A stretch of 16,078 nt of DNA from Candidatus Krumholzibacteriia bacterium (GTDB taxonomy: Bacteria; Krumholzibacteriota; Krumholzibacteriia; LZORAL124-64-63): the NCBI GenBank assembly GCA_046484865.1, contig JAWOID010000109.1, positions 1-16,078 of the forward strand. Reading direction: 5' to 3'. Below, piece by piece: positions 8,010-16,078 of this stretch; position 1 is the first letter of the stretch; each line of letters opens with the position of its first letter. The translations under genes were made by a program, and so were the position numbers. A model generated the notes under the pieces. That model made no database searches. It worked only from the letters and a program-made list of their open reading frames with translations, and was not told the origin of the DNA.

Positions 8010-8678
8010 ATGAGGACTTTCAGGAGCGACGGCGCGGGCTGGGCGGCGGCGCTGGCCGTCGCTCTGTCGCTCGGGGGCTGCGCGAGCGATCCGGTGGCGC
8101 CCAGGGACGACCTGCCCCCCCTGGGCCGGGACGACGTGGCGAACCAGGCGGGGCTGCTGGCCTCGGTGCTCGTGAACGTGGCACCGGAACTGGTGCGGGC
8201 CGGCTTCGAGCCCCAGGGCAAGGACACGTACACCTTTGACTTCACCGGCGAGGTGGCCGGTTCCCTCTCGCTGGACTTCCGCTGCGGCGGTCCCGAGGGC
8301 ACGCCCTGCAGCCACGACCAGGCCGACTGGGGCCGCATCTGGACGCCGGAGCCCGAGGGTCTGTACCTGGCCGCCGGCACGGACGTGACGATCGCCGTCG
8401 ACCTCGACCTCGCCGGGACGATCGACCAGGCGATCAGCGTCGCCGTCGTCGGCGGGAGCGGCGTCCTGCGGGCCGGCGAGTACGAGACGAACTGGTCGGT
8501 CGCCGGCCTGGTCGTGGCCACCAGCGGCTATCCGGCCGCCGGCACGCTGACCGCGACGAACGGCGCGCACGCGGTGGTGGTGAACTTCGCCGGGACCGGC
8601 ACGGCGGCCGTGACCGTGGACGACGAGGTCATCGGGTACGTCGATCTCGACTCCGGGGTCTTCACGCCGGCATCGTGA
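8010..8678 (+). CDS. Hypothetical lipoprotein (222 aa)
   Basis: GAAAGGA RBS precedes ATG 8010. Lipobox LGG-C follows a hydrophobic stretch, and the mature part is beta-rich. The ORF-track extension to 7596 overlaps the upstream gene and is rejected. Confidence 0.75.
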   Translation: MRTFRSDGAGWAAALAVALSLGGCASDPVAPRDDLPPLGRDDVANQAGLLASVLVNVAPELVRAGFEPQGKDTYTFDFTGEVAGSLSLDFRCGGPEGTPCSHDQADWGRIWTPEPEGLYLAAGTDVTIAVDLDLAGTIDQAISVAVVGGSGVLRAGEYETNWSVAGLVVATSGYPAAGTLTATNGAHAVVVNFAGTGTAAVTVDDEVIGYVDLDSGVFTPAS

Positions 8679-8715
8679 AGGTCTGACGCGAGCCGGCCCG
8701 CGTCCGGCCGGCGCC

Positions 8716-10473
8716 TCACCGGCGAGGTTTCTCCCGGGGCAGAACGACGGTGCTCTCGCGACGGCCGAGCCCCGGCGCCTCCGCGCGCACGGTGACCCGG
8801 TCGTCGGGCCGGCCGTGCACCACCCAGACCACCAGTTCCGCGCCGCCTGCCGGCAACTCGCGCACCAGTTGCCGCGAGTGGCCCTCGATGACCTCCGCTC
8901 CCTCGAGGGTCACCGCCACCGGCGCCGGGCGCCGCATGCGCGCCCCCTGCGCGGTGGGGTAGGGCAAGCGTCCGCCGTTGACCAGCCGCGCGGTGATCGC
9001 GTAGGCGCCGCCGGCGCGGCGCTCCGCCGTGAGCTCCGGAATCTCCAGTCTCGGCAGCCACCCGGGCAGGTCCAGGAGAAACGGCAGCTGCGGCTCCAGG
9101 AGCGAGTCCGCCCAGGCCGCCGGTGGCGTCCGCAGGACGTAGGGCACTGCACCGCCCGCCAGACCGCGCGCGCCGCCCGGGAGCGTGACCTCGGTCCACG
9201 GGCGCACCACGTCGAGTTGCGGATGGGCGCGAGCGAACGCCTGCAACGCCACCCGCTCGGCGGCGGAGGTCCCGGTATCGACGCTTGCCGGCAGCGGCAG
9301 CGGCAGCGACCAGAGGTCGACCGCCACTGCGGGCACCCCGAGCCGCTGGTACGCCCAGTCCTCCACCGAGCCCGGGAGCGGGCCGGGCGAATCCAGGCGT
9401 GGACCCGCCAGCCCCGCGCGCGCGAGCAGCCTGCCGCGCTCCGCGGCGATGGCCCGCCACCACGCGATGTCGTCGCGATGAAGTCCGAGGGCGCAGCCGC
9501 GATCCGGGTCGGCGGGCAGGTTGGTGCTCTCGCCGAGCACCATCACGATCGCGATCTCCGGATGCTCGTGCGCGAACTCGAGCAGCGCACGTGTCTCCGG
9601 CGCGAAGCCCGGCCACGGCCCGCCGACCTCGCAGTCGTGGTCGTACCCGGGGGGGAAGTTGCGGCCCATGACCACGCCGCCGCGGGGATCCTCGTTCCAG
9701 CGACCGTCGCCGTCGTCGTCGATTCCCTCCAGTTCCCGGGCGTACCGGCCCGTCTCGCCCGCCGCCGCATCGGCCCGCCGCGGCAGCGGAGGGTCGCCGG
9801 CCAGCAACCACGCGCCGCCGGGCTCCTCCCGGAGAAGAGTGGTGATCGCATCGTCGCCATCCAGATCGTCCGGCCCGTCCTCGTCGACGAGTCCGTCGGC
9901 GTCGCTGTCGACGGGCTGCCGGTTGCGTCCGTCGAGGTGGAGCGGGCGCCGGTGATGGCGATCGGCAGCGTCGGGGTTCGCCGCTGGCAAGACGTACCAG
10001 CGGACGCGCGCGGCGGGTGTGGCCGCGTCAGCGACCGCCGCGTGCCGGGCGAGCCGCACGGCCGCCTCGATGGCCAGCGGGCTGGTACCCAGCGGATCGC
10101 CGACCACGAGCGCAGCCGGTCCCCGCACGCCGTCGTCTTCCGCGGCAGCCGGATGCGGTGCGATCTCGATCAGGCGCAGCTTCTGCCCGCCCGCCGACGA
10201 TCCGATCTCCCGCAACTCCACGCGCGGATTCTCGTGCGCCAGCCGCTTCAGCTCTGCCACCAGCTCGCGCCCGTCGCGGTAGCGGGCGGGCACGGAGTCC
10301 GCTGCGGCCCGCGCCGTCGCCGCGACCGCCGGCGACGTCGCGACCCCGGCGGCCGCCACGGTGACGGCGATCGCCACGGCGACCCCGGCGACCGCGAAGG
10401 CGACCCCGATGGCGGCCCACGCGGGTGCGGCGGCGGCTGCCGCGACGACGAGGGAACGAGAACGATGCAGCAT
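8716..10473 (-). CDS. M14 zinc-carboxypeptidase-family protein with degenerate metal ligands (585 aa)
   Basis: GGGGAG precedes ATG 10473. M14 scaffold motifs: IGSSAGG, YVLPAANPD, GRNFP, PETRAL and GSVEDWAY. Asp-rich inserts DSDADGLVDEDGPDDLDGD and EGIDDDGDGRWNED. The C-terminal domain is Ig/CARDB-like. Confidence 0.8.
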   Translation of the reverse strand: MLHRSRSLVVAAAAAAPAWAAIGVAFAVAGVAVAIAVTVAAAGVATSPAVAATARAAADSVPARYRDGRELVAELKRLAHENPRVELREIGSSAGGQKLRLIEIAPHPAAAEDDGVRGPAALVVGDPLGTSPLAIEAAVRLARHAAVADAATPAARVRWYVLPAANPDAADRHHRRPLHLDGRNRQPVDSDADGLVDEDGPDDLDGDDAITTLLREEPGGAWLLAGDPPLPRRADAAAGETGRYARELEGIDDDGDGRWNEDPRGGVVMGRNFPPGYDHDCEVGGPWPGFAPETRALLEFAHEHPEIAIVMVLGESTNLPADPDRGCALGLHRDDIAWWRAIAAERGRLLARAGLAGPRLDSPGPLPGSVEDWAYQRLGVPAVAVDLWSLPLPLPASVDTGTSAAERVALQAFARAHPQLDVVRPWTEVTLPGGARGLAGGAVPYVLRTPPAAWADSLLEPQLPFLLDLPGWLPRLEIPELTAERRAGGAYAITARLVNGGRLPYPTAQGARMRRPAPVAVTLEGAEVIEGHSRQLVRELPAGGAELVVWVVHGRPDDRVTVRAEAPGLGRRESTVVLPREKPRR

Positions 10474-10721
10474 GAGGCTCCCCGGTGCCGAAAAGCGACG
10501 GCGGAAGCGTCGCAACTGTGGGATGTGGCGCCTGGCGATCTTCCTGGTGTGGAAGAACTTCGTGCGGACGGGGCGGGTGCGCAACATGGCCAGGAAGCGG
10601 AAACAATTTGCGTGGAATAACGAGACTGTTGCTAGGGCCGGTCGCGCGCGATAGGGTGACCGACGCGCCGGCAGCGATGCCCCGCTGCACTCGGCGCGAG
10701 CCGATGCCTCGGAGGAACCGC

Positions 10722-11495
10722 ATGCACCGCCTTCGGCCCGCCCGCCGCCACCCGAACGTCACGACGGCCGGACTCGTCATCGCCGCGCTCGCGGTTCTCG
10801 CCGGCGCGGCAGGCGCCGCGCCGGAGCCGGGACCGGCGGCCGGCGAGATCGACGACGGCGACGCCACGGGCCCCGCCGTCGCCGCGGAATCGCCACCGGG
10901 TCTCGAGGTGCTCTTCGCGACCGGTCTGGCCGTGCCCCGTGGACATCTCGACGACGCCTGGGGTACCCGGCTGGGCACCAACGCCCGCGCCGGCTACGAT
11001 CTGGGCATGGCGCTGCGAGTCTTCCTCGGCGACCGCGCGGCGTTCACCCCCGCGTTCCACTTCACCCAGTTCCGCGCTTACGAGGCGCGGGTCGACGCGG
11101 ACGATTACGAGCTGAAGACCTCGGTCCTCAGCTGGTTGCTGAGCGGGATCTACCACCCGTGGGGCCGCGCGGGCCGGTGGCAGCCGTTCGTCACGGCCGG
11201 GGTCGGTCTGGCCCGCAACCGGTTGCAGGAGGAGCGCGGAGGCGACGACACGCGCGTGGAGGCGGCGATGTCGCTGCTGGCCACGGTGGGCGCGGGCGTG
11301 CGGTACGGTTCCTTCGAGCTCGCGGCGATCTACCGGCGCGATCGGTTCACCACGGCCCGGTTTCTCGACCAGACGGCTCGCGCCGATCACGACTGGGATC
11401 ACGTGGTGCTGGCCCTGCGCTGGTCGCTCACGCGCAGCGGCCAGGGAGAAGACGGAGCGACTGGGGGCAGGACTGGCGGCAGGACTCGCCGCTGA
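10722..11495 (+). CDS. Small outer-membrane beta-barrel protein (OmpA/OmpW membrane-domain-like, 257 aa)
   Basis: GGAGGA at 10711-10716 precedes ATG 10722. Signal peptide, motifs WQPFVTAGVG and VGAGVRY, and alternating strands. Confidence 0.7.
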   Translation: MHRLRPARRHPNVTTAGLVIAALAVLAGAAGAAPEPGPAAGEIDDGDATGPAVAAESPPGLEVLFATGLAVPRGHLDDAWGTRLGTNARAGYDLGMALRVFLGDRAAFTPAFHFTQFRAYEARVDADDYELKTSVLSWLLSGIYHPWGRAGRWQPFVTAGVGLARNRLQEERGGDDTRVEAAMSLLATVGAGVRYGSFELAAIYRRDRFTTARFLDQTARADHDWDHVVLALRWSLTRSGQGEDGATGGRTGGRTRR

Positions 11496-11500
11496 TGCCG

Positions 11501-11531
11501 GTGGCCGGCGCCCGGAGCCGGCGCCGGCCAC
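11501..11531. terminator. Hairpin between convergent genes, possible terminator
   Basis: Perfect 12-bp stem GTGGCCGGCGCC / GGCGCCGGCCAC with a 7-nt loop and no U tract. Confidence 0.5.
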
Positions 11532-11555
11532 ATCCGTCGGGGTCGCGCGAGGAGG

Positions 11556-11921
11556 TCAGAACAGGACCGGTTGACCGGGCTGGCCCGGCGGGCCGATCGC
11601 AGCCGTGAACGGATCGGAAGACGGGGAGTACGGGCCGATCCGGTTCTGCGCATCGACGGCCGCCACGCGGATCGCGTGCTCGTCGCCGATGGTCGCCTCG
11701 AGGTCGTAGCTGTTGCTGCTGACCAAGGAGGCCACCGTGGTGAACGGCCCGCCGTTCACCGAGTGCTGCACGATGTAGTGATGCACCGCACTCCCGGTGC
11801 TCGGAGGGCTCCAGGTGTAGCTCAGGTTGACTGTGGAGGTTTGAGCCCCTGCCGGCGCGGTCGCCGCCAGCAGGATCGTGGCGAGCGTCGCCAGGGCCGT
11901 CGACGTGCGGTTGATCTTCAA
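11556..11921 (-). CDS. Small secreted single fibronectin type III-like domain protein (121 aa)
   Basis: AAAGGGA RBS precedes a TTG start at 11921. Signal peptide ends ...APAGA/Q. FN3 pattern: YTWSPP...HYIV...IRVAAVDAQNRIGPYSPSS. Confidence 0.75.
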   Translation of the reverse strand: MKINRTSTALATLATILLAATAPAGAQTSTVNLSYTWSPPSTGSAVHHYIVQHSVNGGPFTTVASLVSSNSYDLEATIGDEHAIRVAAVDAQNRIGPYSPSSDPFTAAIGPPGQPGQPVLF

Positions 11922-12013
11922 GATCTTCGTCCCTTTCGGGTTGCCTCGCCACCGCCGGGGGCAAGCGGCCGGGAGAAGGTCACGGATGGCTGGGGCCGAT
12001 CTGTCCCGGTTCC

Positions 12014-12029
12014 TGCAAGCGAGGTGCCA
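12014..12029 (-). promoter_or_regulatory. Sigma-54 (-24/-12) promoter for the FN3-like gene
   Basis: The minus strand reads TGGCAC-CTCGC-TTGCA with exact consensus spacing, about 90 nt upstream of the start and correctly oriented. Confidence 0.75.
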
Positions 12030-12309
12030 TCGGCGCCGAAGCTTCTCGACCATTGCGGGAGGCACGTTCCTGCTCTCGCAGCCGCCACGGCGATCGCATC
12101 CGGCCCGTCCGGAGACCGGCGCACCGTGCAGAATGCGCGGCCGGCCGCGACGGCGGTGTCAATCTCGCTCTCGCGCCGTGCGCCGGCGATCACACCCGCA
12201 CGCGGGCGATTGACCGCGGTGGAGCCCTGTGTTTCCTTTTCCGCGCGTTCGCGGTGCGGCCCCCGCCCGGCCGCACGGACCCCGCCGGCCAGCACCACGA
12301 GGAGCCGCC

Positions 12310-12849
12310 ATGAACGAGACCGTGCACCAGCTGTGGCCCGAACTCGACTGGATCCAGGACGTCGCCCTGCGGGAGGCCACCGCCCGCACCTGGGAACTGG
12401 CCCTGGACCGCAGTCCGCTGACCGCGGAAGACCTCGAGACCATCCCGTTCACCCTGCTCGTGCCGGGTCTGAAGGTGAGCTTCATGGCCCACAAGCGCTG
12501 CGTCGTGCACCTGGCGCGCGACGCCGCCGAGAAGATGAACGCGTTCTTCGGCGATGATCTGCCAGTGGACCTGGATACGGTGATCGCCGGCGCCATCCTG
12601 GCCGACGTGGGCAAGCTGCTGGAGTACGAGCGGCGAGCCGACGGCGGCACCGGCCAGAGCGACACCGGCCGGTACCTGAGGCATCCGTTCACGGGGGTCG
12701 CCCTGGCGATGGAGGCGGGCGTGCCGGACGCGGTCTGCCACATCATCGCCGCCCATGCCGGCGAGGGCGACCTCGTGAAGCGAACGACCGAGGCGTACGT
12801 GATGCATCACGCCGATTTCATGACGTTCTTGCCCTTCAAGAACCGCTGA
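12310..12849 (+). CDS. HD/HDIG-domain metal-dependent phosphohydrolase family protein (179 aa)
   Basis: AGGAG RBS precedes ATG 12310. Motifs H...AGAILADVGKLLEY...RHPFTG...IIAAH...HHAD. Confidence 0.85.
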   Translation: MNETVHQLWPELDWIQDVALREATARTWELALDRSPLTAEDLETIPFTLLVPGLKVSFMAHKRCVVHLARDAAEKMNAFFGDDLPVDLDTVIAGAILADVGKLLEYERRADGGTGQSDTGRYLRHPFTGVALAMEAGVPDAVCHIIAAHAGEGDLVKRTTEAYVMHHADFMTFLPFKNR

Positions 12850-13038
12850 AGGGTGGGATCGGAAGGCCGGCCCTTGCGTCACCGGATCAACGGGACTAAA
12901 AAGGGGCTGGACAGACGCGCCGGGGCGGTCCATAGGGAAGGCTCGCGGCCGCGCGAAGGCCCGACGAGGAGTCAGACGGGACGGCCGGACGGCCGGCGTC
13001 CGCAACGTATCCCGGTCAGCCGGAGGAGGAGCGACCCC

Positions 13039-13269
13039 ATGGCGGATCCCAACGACAAGGTGGCCAGCAACGTCGATGGTCCGTTCTACGTCGACAGCAG
13101 CTGCATCGATTGCGACCTGTGTCGGCAGACGGCGCCGGACAACTTCGAGCGCAACGAGGACGACGGCTACAGTTTCGTGTCGAAGCAGCCCGAGAACGAC
13201 GACGAGGAACAGGCGTGCCGCGACGCCATGGAGGAGTGTCCCGTCGAGGCCATCGGCGACGACGGCTAG
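13039..13269 (+). CDS. Monocluster [4Fe-4S] ferredoxin (76 aa)
   Basis: GGAGGAGG RBS, motif CIDCDLC...CPVEAI, and a very acidic composition. Confidence 0.93.
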   Translation: MADPNDKVASNVDGPFYVDSSCIDCDLCRQTAPDNFERNEDDGYSFVSKQPENDDEEQACRDAMEECPVEAIGDDG

Positions 13270-13460
13270 TCCGTCGACCCTCCGTTCCTCCTCCGATCGA
13301 GCGGGCCGGATCCGGCGGGTCCGTCCCGCTCGCCGTCCCGGCCGGCCCCGCCATTCCCGGTCCGCAGACAGCTCGCCCTCCGTGCTCCGATCGCGTCTTG
13401 GGGGGCGCCCCCGCTGGCGAGCCTCGCGCCGGGGCACCTATCTTCTGCGCGGGAGGGAGC

Positions 13461-13489
13461 GGAACCTCGGCCGCAGGCATATGGTAGAA
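13461..13489 (+). promoter_or_regulatory. Candidate ECF (sigma-E-type) promoter upstream of the DegP/Q gene
   Basis: GGAACCT-N16-GTAGAA compared with the RpoE consensus GGAACTT-N16-GTCAAA. degP is a classic sigma-E target. Confidence 0.5.
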
Positions 13490-13565
13490 GTCCGCCGGCG
13501 GGGCTCGACCGGGCGGTCGAGCCGGTACGGACGTCTGACGACGAGTCGAAGAGAGGAGCATGTCG

Positions 13566-15068
13566 ATGCGTACCCTGAACACCGAGCGAAAGGCTCGTCG
13601 CTGGGCGGCGAGTCTGGTGCTGGTGGCGGCCGGCTTCGTGGCCGGCACCGTGCTCGTTGGAAGCGGCTTCGGGCCGGACGTGACGGGGCTGCGCGGTGGA
13701 CTGGCCGCGCCCGTCGCTCAGGCCCAGACGGTGGACGTGGGCGATTCCCGCACCTACATCGAGGTCGCCGAGAAGGTGATGTCGGCGGTCGTGAACATCT
13801 CCAGCGACAGGCTGTCGCAAGGGGGCACGTTCCGGCATCCCTTCTTCGACGACCCGTTCTTCCGCCGGTTCTTCGAGGAGCCCGGCCAGGACGACCAGCG
13901 GCAGCAGCGGCTGGAGCAGTCGCTGGGTTCGGGCATGATCATCAGCCCCGACGGTTACGTGCTGACCAACCACCACGTCGTGGCCAACGCCGAGAAGGTC
14001 CGGGTCAGCTTCTCGAACAAGGAAGAGTACGAGGCCGAGATCATCGGTTCCGACCCCGAGACCGACGTCGCCGTCCTGAAGATCGAGGCCAGAGACATGC
14101 CCTATCTGGAGTTCGGCGACAGCGACCAACTCCACATCGGCCACGAGGTGATGGCCTTCGGCAATCCGTTCGGCGTGGGCCAGACCGCCACCAAGGGCAT
14201 CGTGTCGGCCCTCGGACGCAGCATCGGCCTGCTCGACTACGAGGACATGATCCAGACCGACGCCACCATCAACCCCGGCAACAGCGGCGGGCCGCTGGTG
14301 GACATGAGCGGGCGCGTGGTCGGCATGAACACCGCCATCCTCAGCCGTACCGGCGGCAGCCAGGGCATCGGTTTCGCCATTCCCAGCAACCTGGCGCGAC
14401 GGGTGCTCACCGAGCTGCGGGAGCACGGAGAGGTGCGTCGCGCCTGGCTGGGCGTGACCATCCGCGAGGTGGACCAGGCCATGGCCGACGTGTACGGGCT
14501 GGACCACCCCCGCGGCGTGCTCGTGAACACCGTGAACGACGATACGCCGGCGGAAAAGGCCGGTTTGAGGCCCGAGGACATCATCCTGAGCGTGGACGGC
14601 CAGGAGGTGAACACGACGTCCGAGCTGCGCAACCGCGTGTCGCTCAGTCCCATCGGCGAGAACGTGGAACTGAGGATCCTGCGCGAGGGCCGGACCATCA
14701 CCAAGAAGGTGAGGCTCGAGGCGCTGCCGGGCGAGATGCGTACCGCCGAGACGCGCACGCCCGAGCAGCAGGACGGCATCCCCGGCGTCATCGTCGGCGA
14801 GCTGAACGATCGCCTGCGCCAGCGCTTCACCATCCCCGAGGACGTGGACGGCGTGGCGGTGATCGACGTGCAGCGCGGCAGCGACGCCTGGCGCAAGGGT
14901 CTGCGGCAGGGCGACGTGATCCTGATGCTGAACCGCGACTCCGTGAGCGATCTGGACGACTACCGTGCCGCCCTCACGCGGGAATCGGACAAGCCGTACT
15001 TCCTGCAGGTCTTCAAGCCCGGGGCGGACGGCGGCAGCCGTATCTTCCTGGCGATCGAACGCGACTGA
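13566..15068 (+). CDS. degP: Do/DegQ (HtrA) periplasmic serine endoprotease with two PDZ domains
   Basis: Catalytic triad motifs TNHHVV, TDVAVLKI and INPGNSGGPL. PDZ segments AWLGV...PAEKAGL and GLRQGDVI. The RBS GAGGAG (13553-13558) fits ATG 13566 better than 13560. Confidence 0.93.
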   Translation: MRTLNTERKARRWAASLVLVAAGFVAGTVLVGSGFGPDVTGLRGGLAAPVAQAQTVDVGDSRTYIEVAEKVMSAVVNISSDRLSQGGTFRHPFFDDPFFRRFFEEPGQDDQRQQRLEQSLGSGMIISPDGYVLTNHHVVANAEKVRVSFSNKEEYEAEIIGSDPETDVAVLKIEARDMPYLEFGDSDQLHIGHEVMAFGNPFGVGQTATKGIVSALGRSIGLLDYEDMIQTDATINPGNSGGPLVDMSGRVVGMNTAILSRTGGSQGIGFAIPSNLARRVLTELREHGEVRRAWLGVTIREVDQAMADVYGLDHPRGVLVNTVNDDTPAEKAGLRPEDIILSVDGQEVNTTSELRNRVSLSPIGENVELRILREGRTITKKVRLEALPGEMRTAETRTPEQQDGIPGVIVGELNDRLRQRFTIPEDVDGVAVIDVQRGSDAWRKGLRQGDVILMLNRDSVSDLDDYRAALTRESDKPYFLQVFKPGADGGSRIFLAIERD

Positions 15069-15073
15069 CCCCG

Positions 15074-15109
15074 CGGGCCGGGCGGCGTTCCGATGCGCCG
15101 CCCGGCCCG
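15074..15109 (+). terminator. Strong hairpin immediately after degP
   Basis: Perfect 14-bp stem CGGGCCGGGCGGCG / CGCCGCCCGGCCCG with an 8-nt loop and no clear U tract. Confidence 0.6.
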
Positions 15110-15202
15110 ACTGGATTTCGTACCACCTCGCAGCATCGCCCCCACACGCTCTTACACCCGACGACTGTCGATCCGTACCCCGTTCGCGCGGCCGAGGAGG
15201 GG

Positions 15203-15241
15203 TGTTATTTTCTTGACAGCTCGCGCCACTGCGGCCACCTT
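15203..15241 (+). promoter_or_regulatory. Candidate sigma-70 promoter with an overlapping imperfect palindrome
   Basis: TTGACA (15213-15218)-N17-CACCTT, with TGTTA-N6-TGACA at 15203-15218. Confidence 0.45.
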
Positions 15242-15291
15242 GTTGGTCCTCCGCCAATGTCGGCGGGGGGTAGCGCACGAGGTGTGCAGCG

Positions 15292-15537
15292 ATGCGGTCA
15301 TCCGTGTCGCCGGACGCCGGCCATCGTGCCGGTGCCGCGCCGCCACCCCCCCGAACCGGGCGCGGGCGGCATTACCGAGAGCTTCTCGGGCGCACCATAC
15401 TGCGTCTTTCCCTGATCTACCTGGTCCCCCTCATCCTGGTCACCGTGTACTTCCAGGCCCAGACCCGGGCCGTTGGCGCGCGCGCGCGACGCATCCACAT
15501 GGAGTCGGTGGCCGAACACCAGGCCCGGATGCTCGAC
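15292..15537 (+). CDS. N-terminal fragment of a probable membrane sensor histidine kinase, truncated at the junction
   Basis: Basic N-terminus, TM helix ILRLSLIYLVPLILVTVYF, then the helical segment MESVAEHQARMLD typical of Cache-type sensors. No kinase domain is visible, and the stop at 15561 lies in the foreign DNA. Confidence 0.5.
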
Positions 15538-16078
15538 TTTTTAATGGTTTTCAGTTGCTGAATTCAGTCAGGAGGAGTCAGCTGGATCTTCATGCTTCTG
15601 CATATGATTTGCAGGTCATTGAAAATGAAATGTCTTTAACCATTGCAACAGCATTCCTGCAAATCCTGTATAGTATTGAGATGGCGGAGAATGCAAGACT
15701 TCAGTACGAACTCACTGTAAAACAGGTTGATCGTACACAGAAAATGCTTGCTGCAGGAGCCGTTGCGCAGAATGTATTGTTAAATTTACAAGCTCAGGCA
15801 GCAGCAGAAGAATATCAGCTCACAACGCTTGAAACTCAGCTGGAGATGGCTGTTTTAACATTGACTCAGCTGCTGGATCTCCCAAGTCATCAGGATTTTC
15901 ATATTTCAGTACCGGAAGTCGATATTTCAGAAGTTGTCCTTCCTTATAATGCCGGGTATATATATGAATATGCAGAGAAACACCAGCCCGAAGTTAAAAG
16001 TGCTGAGATCCGCCTTGAAAGTGCAAAAAAGTCTTACAGCATCTCAAAAGGAGCCTATAGTCCCAGCTTTTCTTTTGG
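15537..16078 (+). CDS. Internal fragment of a TolC-family outer-membrane efflux protein (Bacteroidetes-like), absent from the ORF track
   Basis: My translation gives 180 uninterrupted codons: LFNGFQLLNSVRRSQLDL...IATAFLQILY...QVDRTQKMLAAGAV...LTQLLDL...QPEVKSAEIRLESAKKSYSISKGAYSPSFSF. There is no start or stop within the fragment. Confidence 0.88.

Noticed and set aside
8528..10620. 601-aa (+) and 427-aa (-) ORFs
   Set aside because: They are shadow or alternative frames of the M14 gene.
11459..11486. 12-bp tandem GACTGG(G/C)GGCAG at the 3' end of the barrel gene
   Set aside because: There are only two imperfect copies in a low-complexity tail, with no evidence of function.
13076..15415. 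779-aa (+) and 670-aa (-) ORFs
   Set aside because: They are alternative-frame and antisense shadows of degP and the ferredoxin.
207..15537. The high-GC block as a genomic island inserted into a Bacteroidetes chromosome
   Set aside because: There is no integrase, transposase, att repeat or tRNA. Both ends cut genes, the flanks do not rejoin, and the cargo is housekeeping or envelope genes.

Overview
The core of the window (about 207-15537) is a very GC-rich segment from a Gram-negative bacterium. An FCB-group candidate phylum is plausible from the gene style, but that is inference only. The core is joined abruptly, mid-gene at both ends, to unrelated lower-GC Bacteroidetes-like fragments. 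The left fragment is the start of a secreted protein carrying a CAACCAC heptamer tract, and the right fragment is an internal piece of a TolC gene. The core encodes, in order: a 5'-truncated mannose-6-phosphate isomerase cupin fused to a phosphomannomutase; an ExtI/OprO-P-like porin with a long structured leader; a kinase-fold plus Omp85-barrel protein; a DUF6588-like exported protein and a lipoprotein; a degenerate M14 carboxypeptidase; a small beta-barrel protein; an FN3-like secreted protein with a sigma-54 promoter; an HD-family protein; a monocluster ferredoxin; a DegP/DegQ protease; and the truncated N-terminus of a probable sensor kinase. No mobile element, CRISPR array or RNA gene is evident. 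The strongest novelty candidate is the kinase-like Omp85 protein, followed by the PMI-PMM fusion and the M14 pseudo-enzyme. All family calls come from motif recognition, not from database searches.
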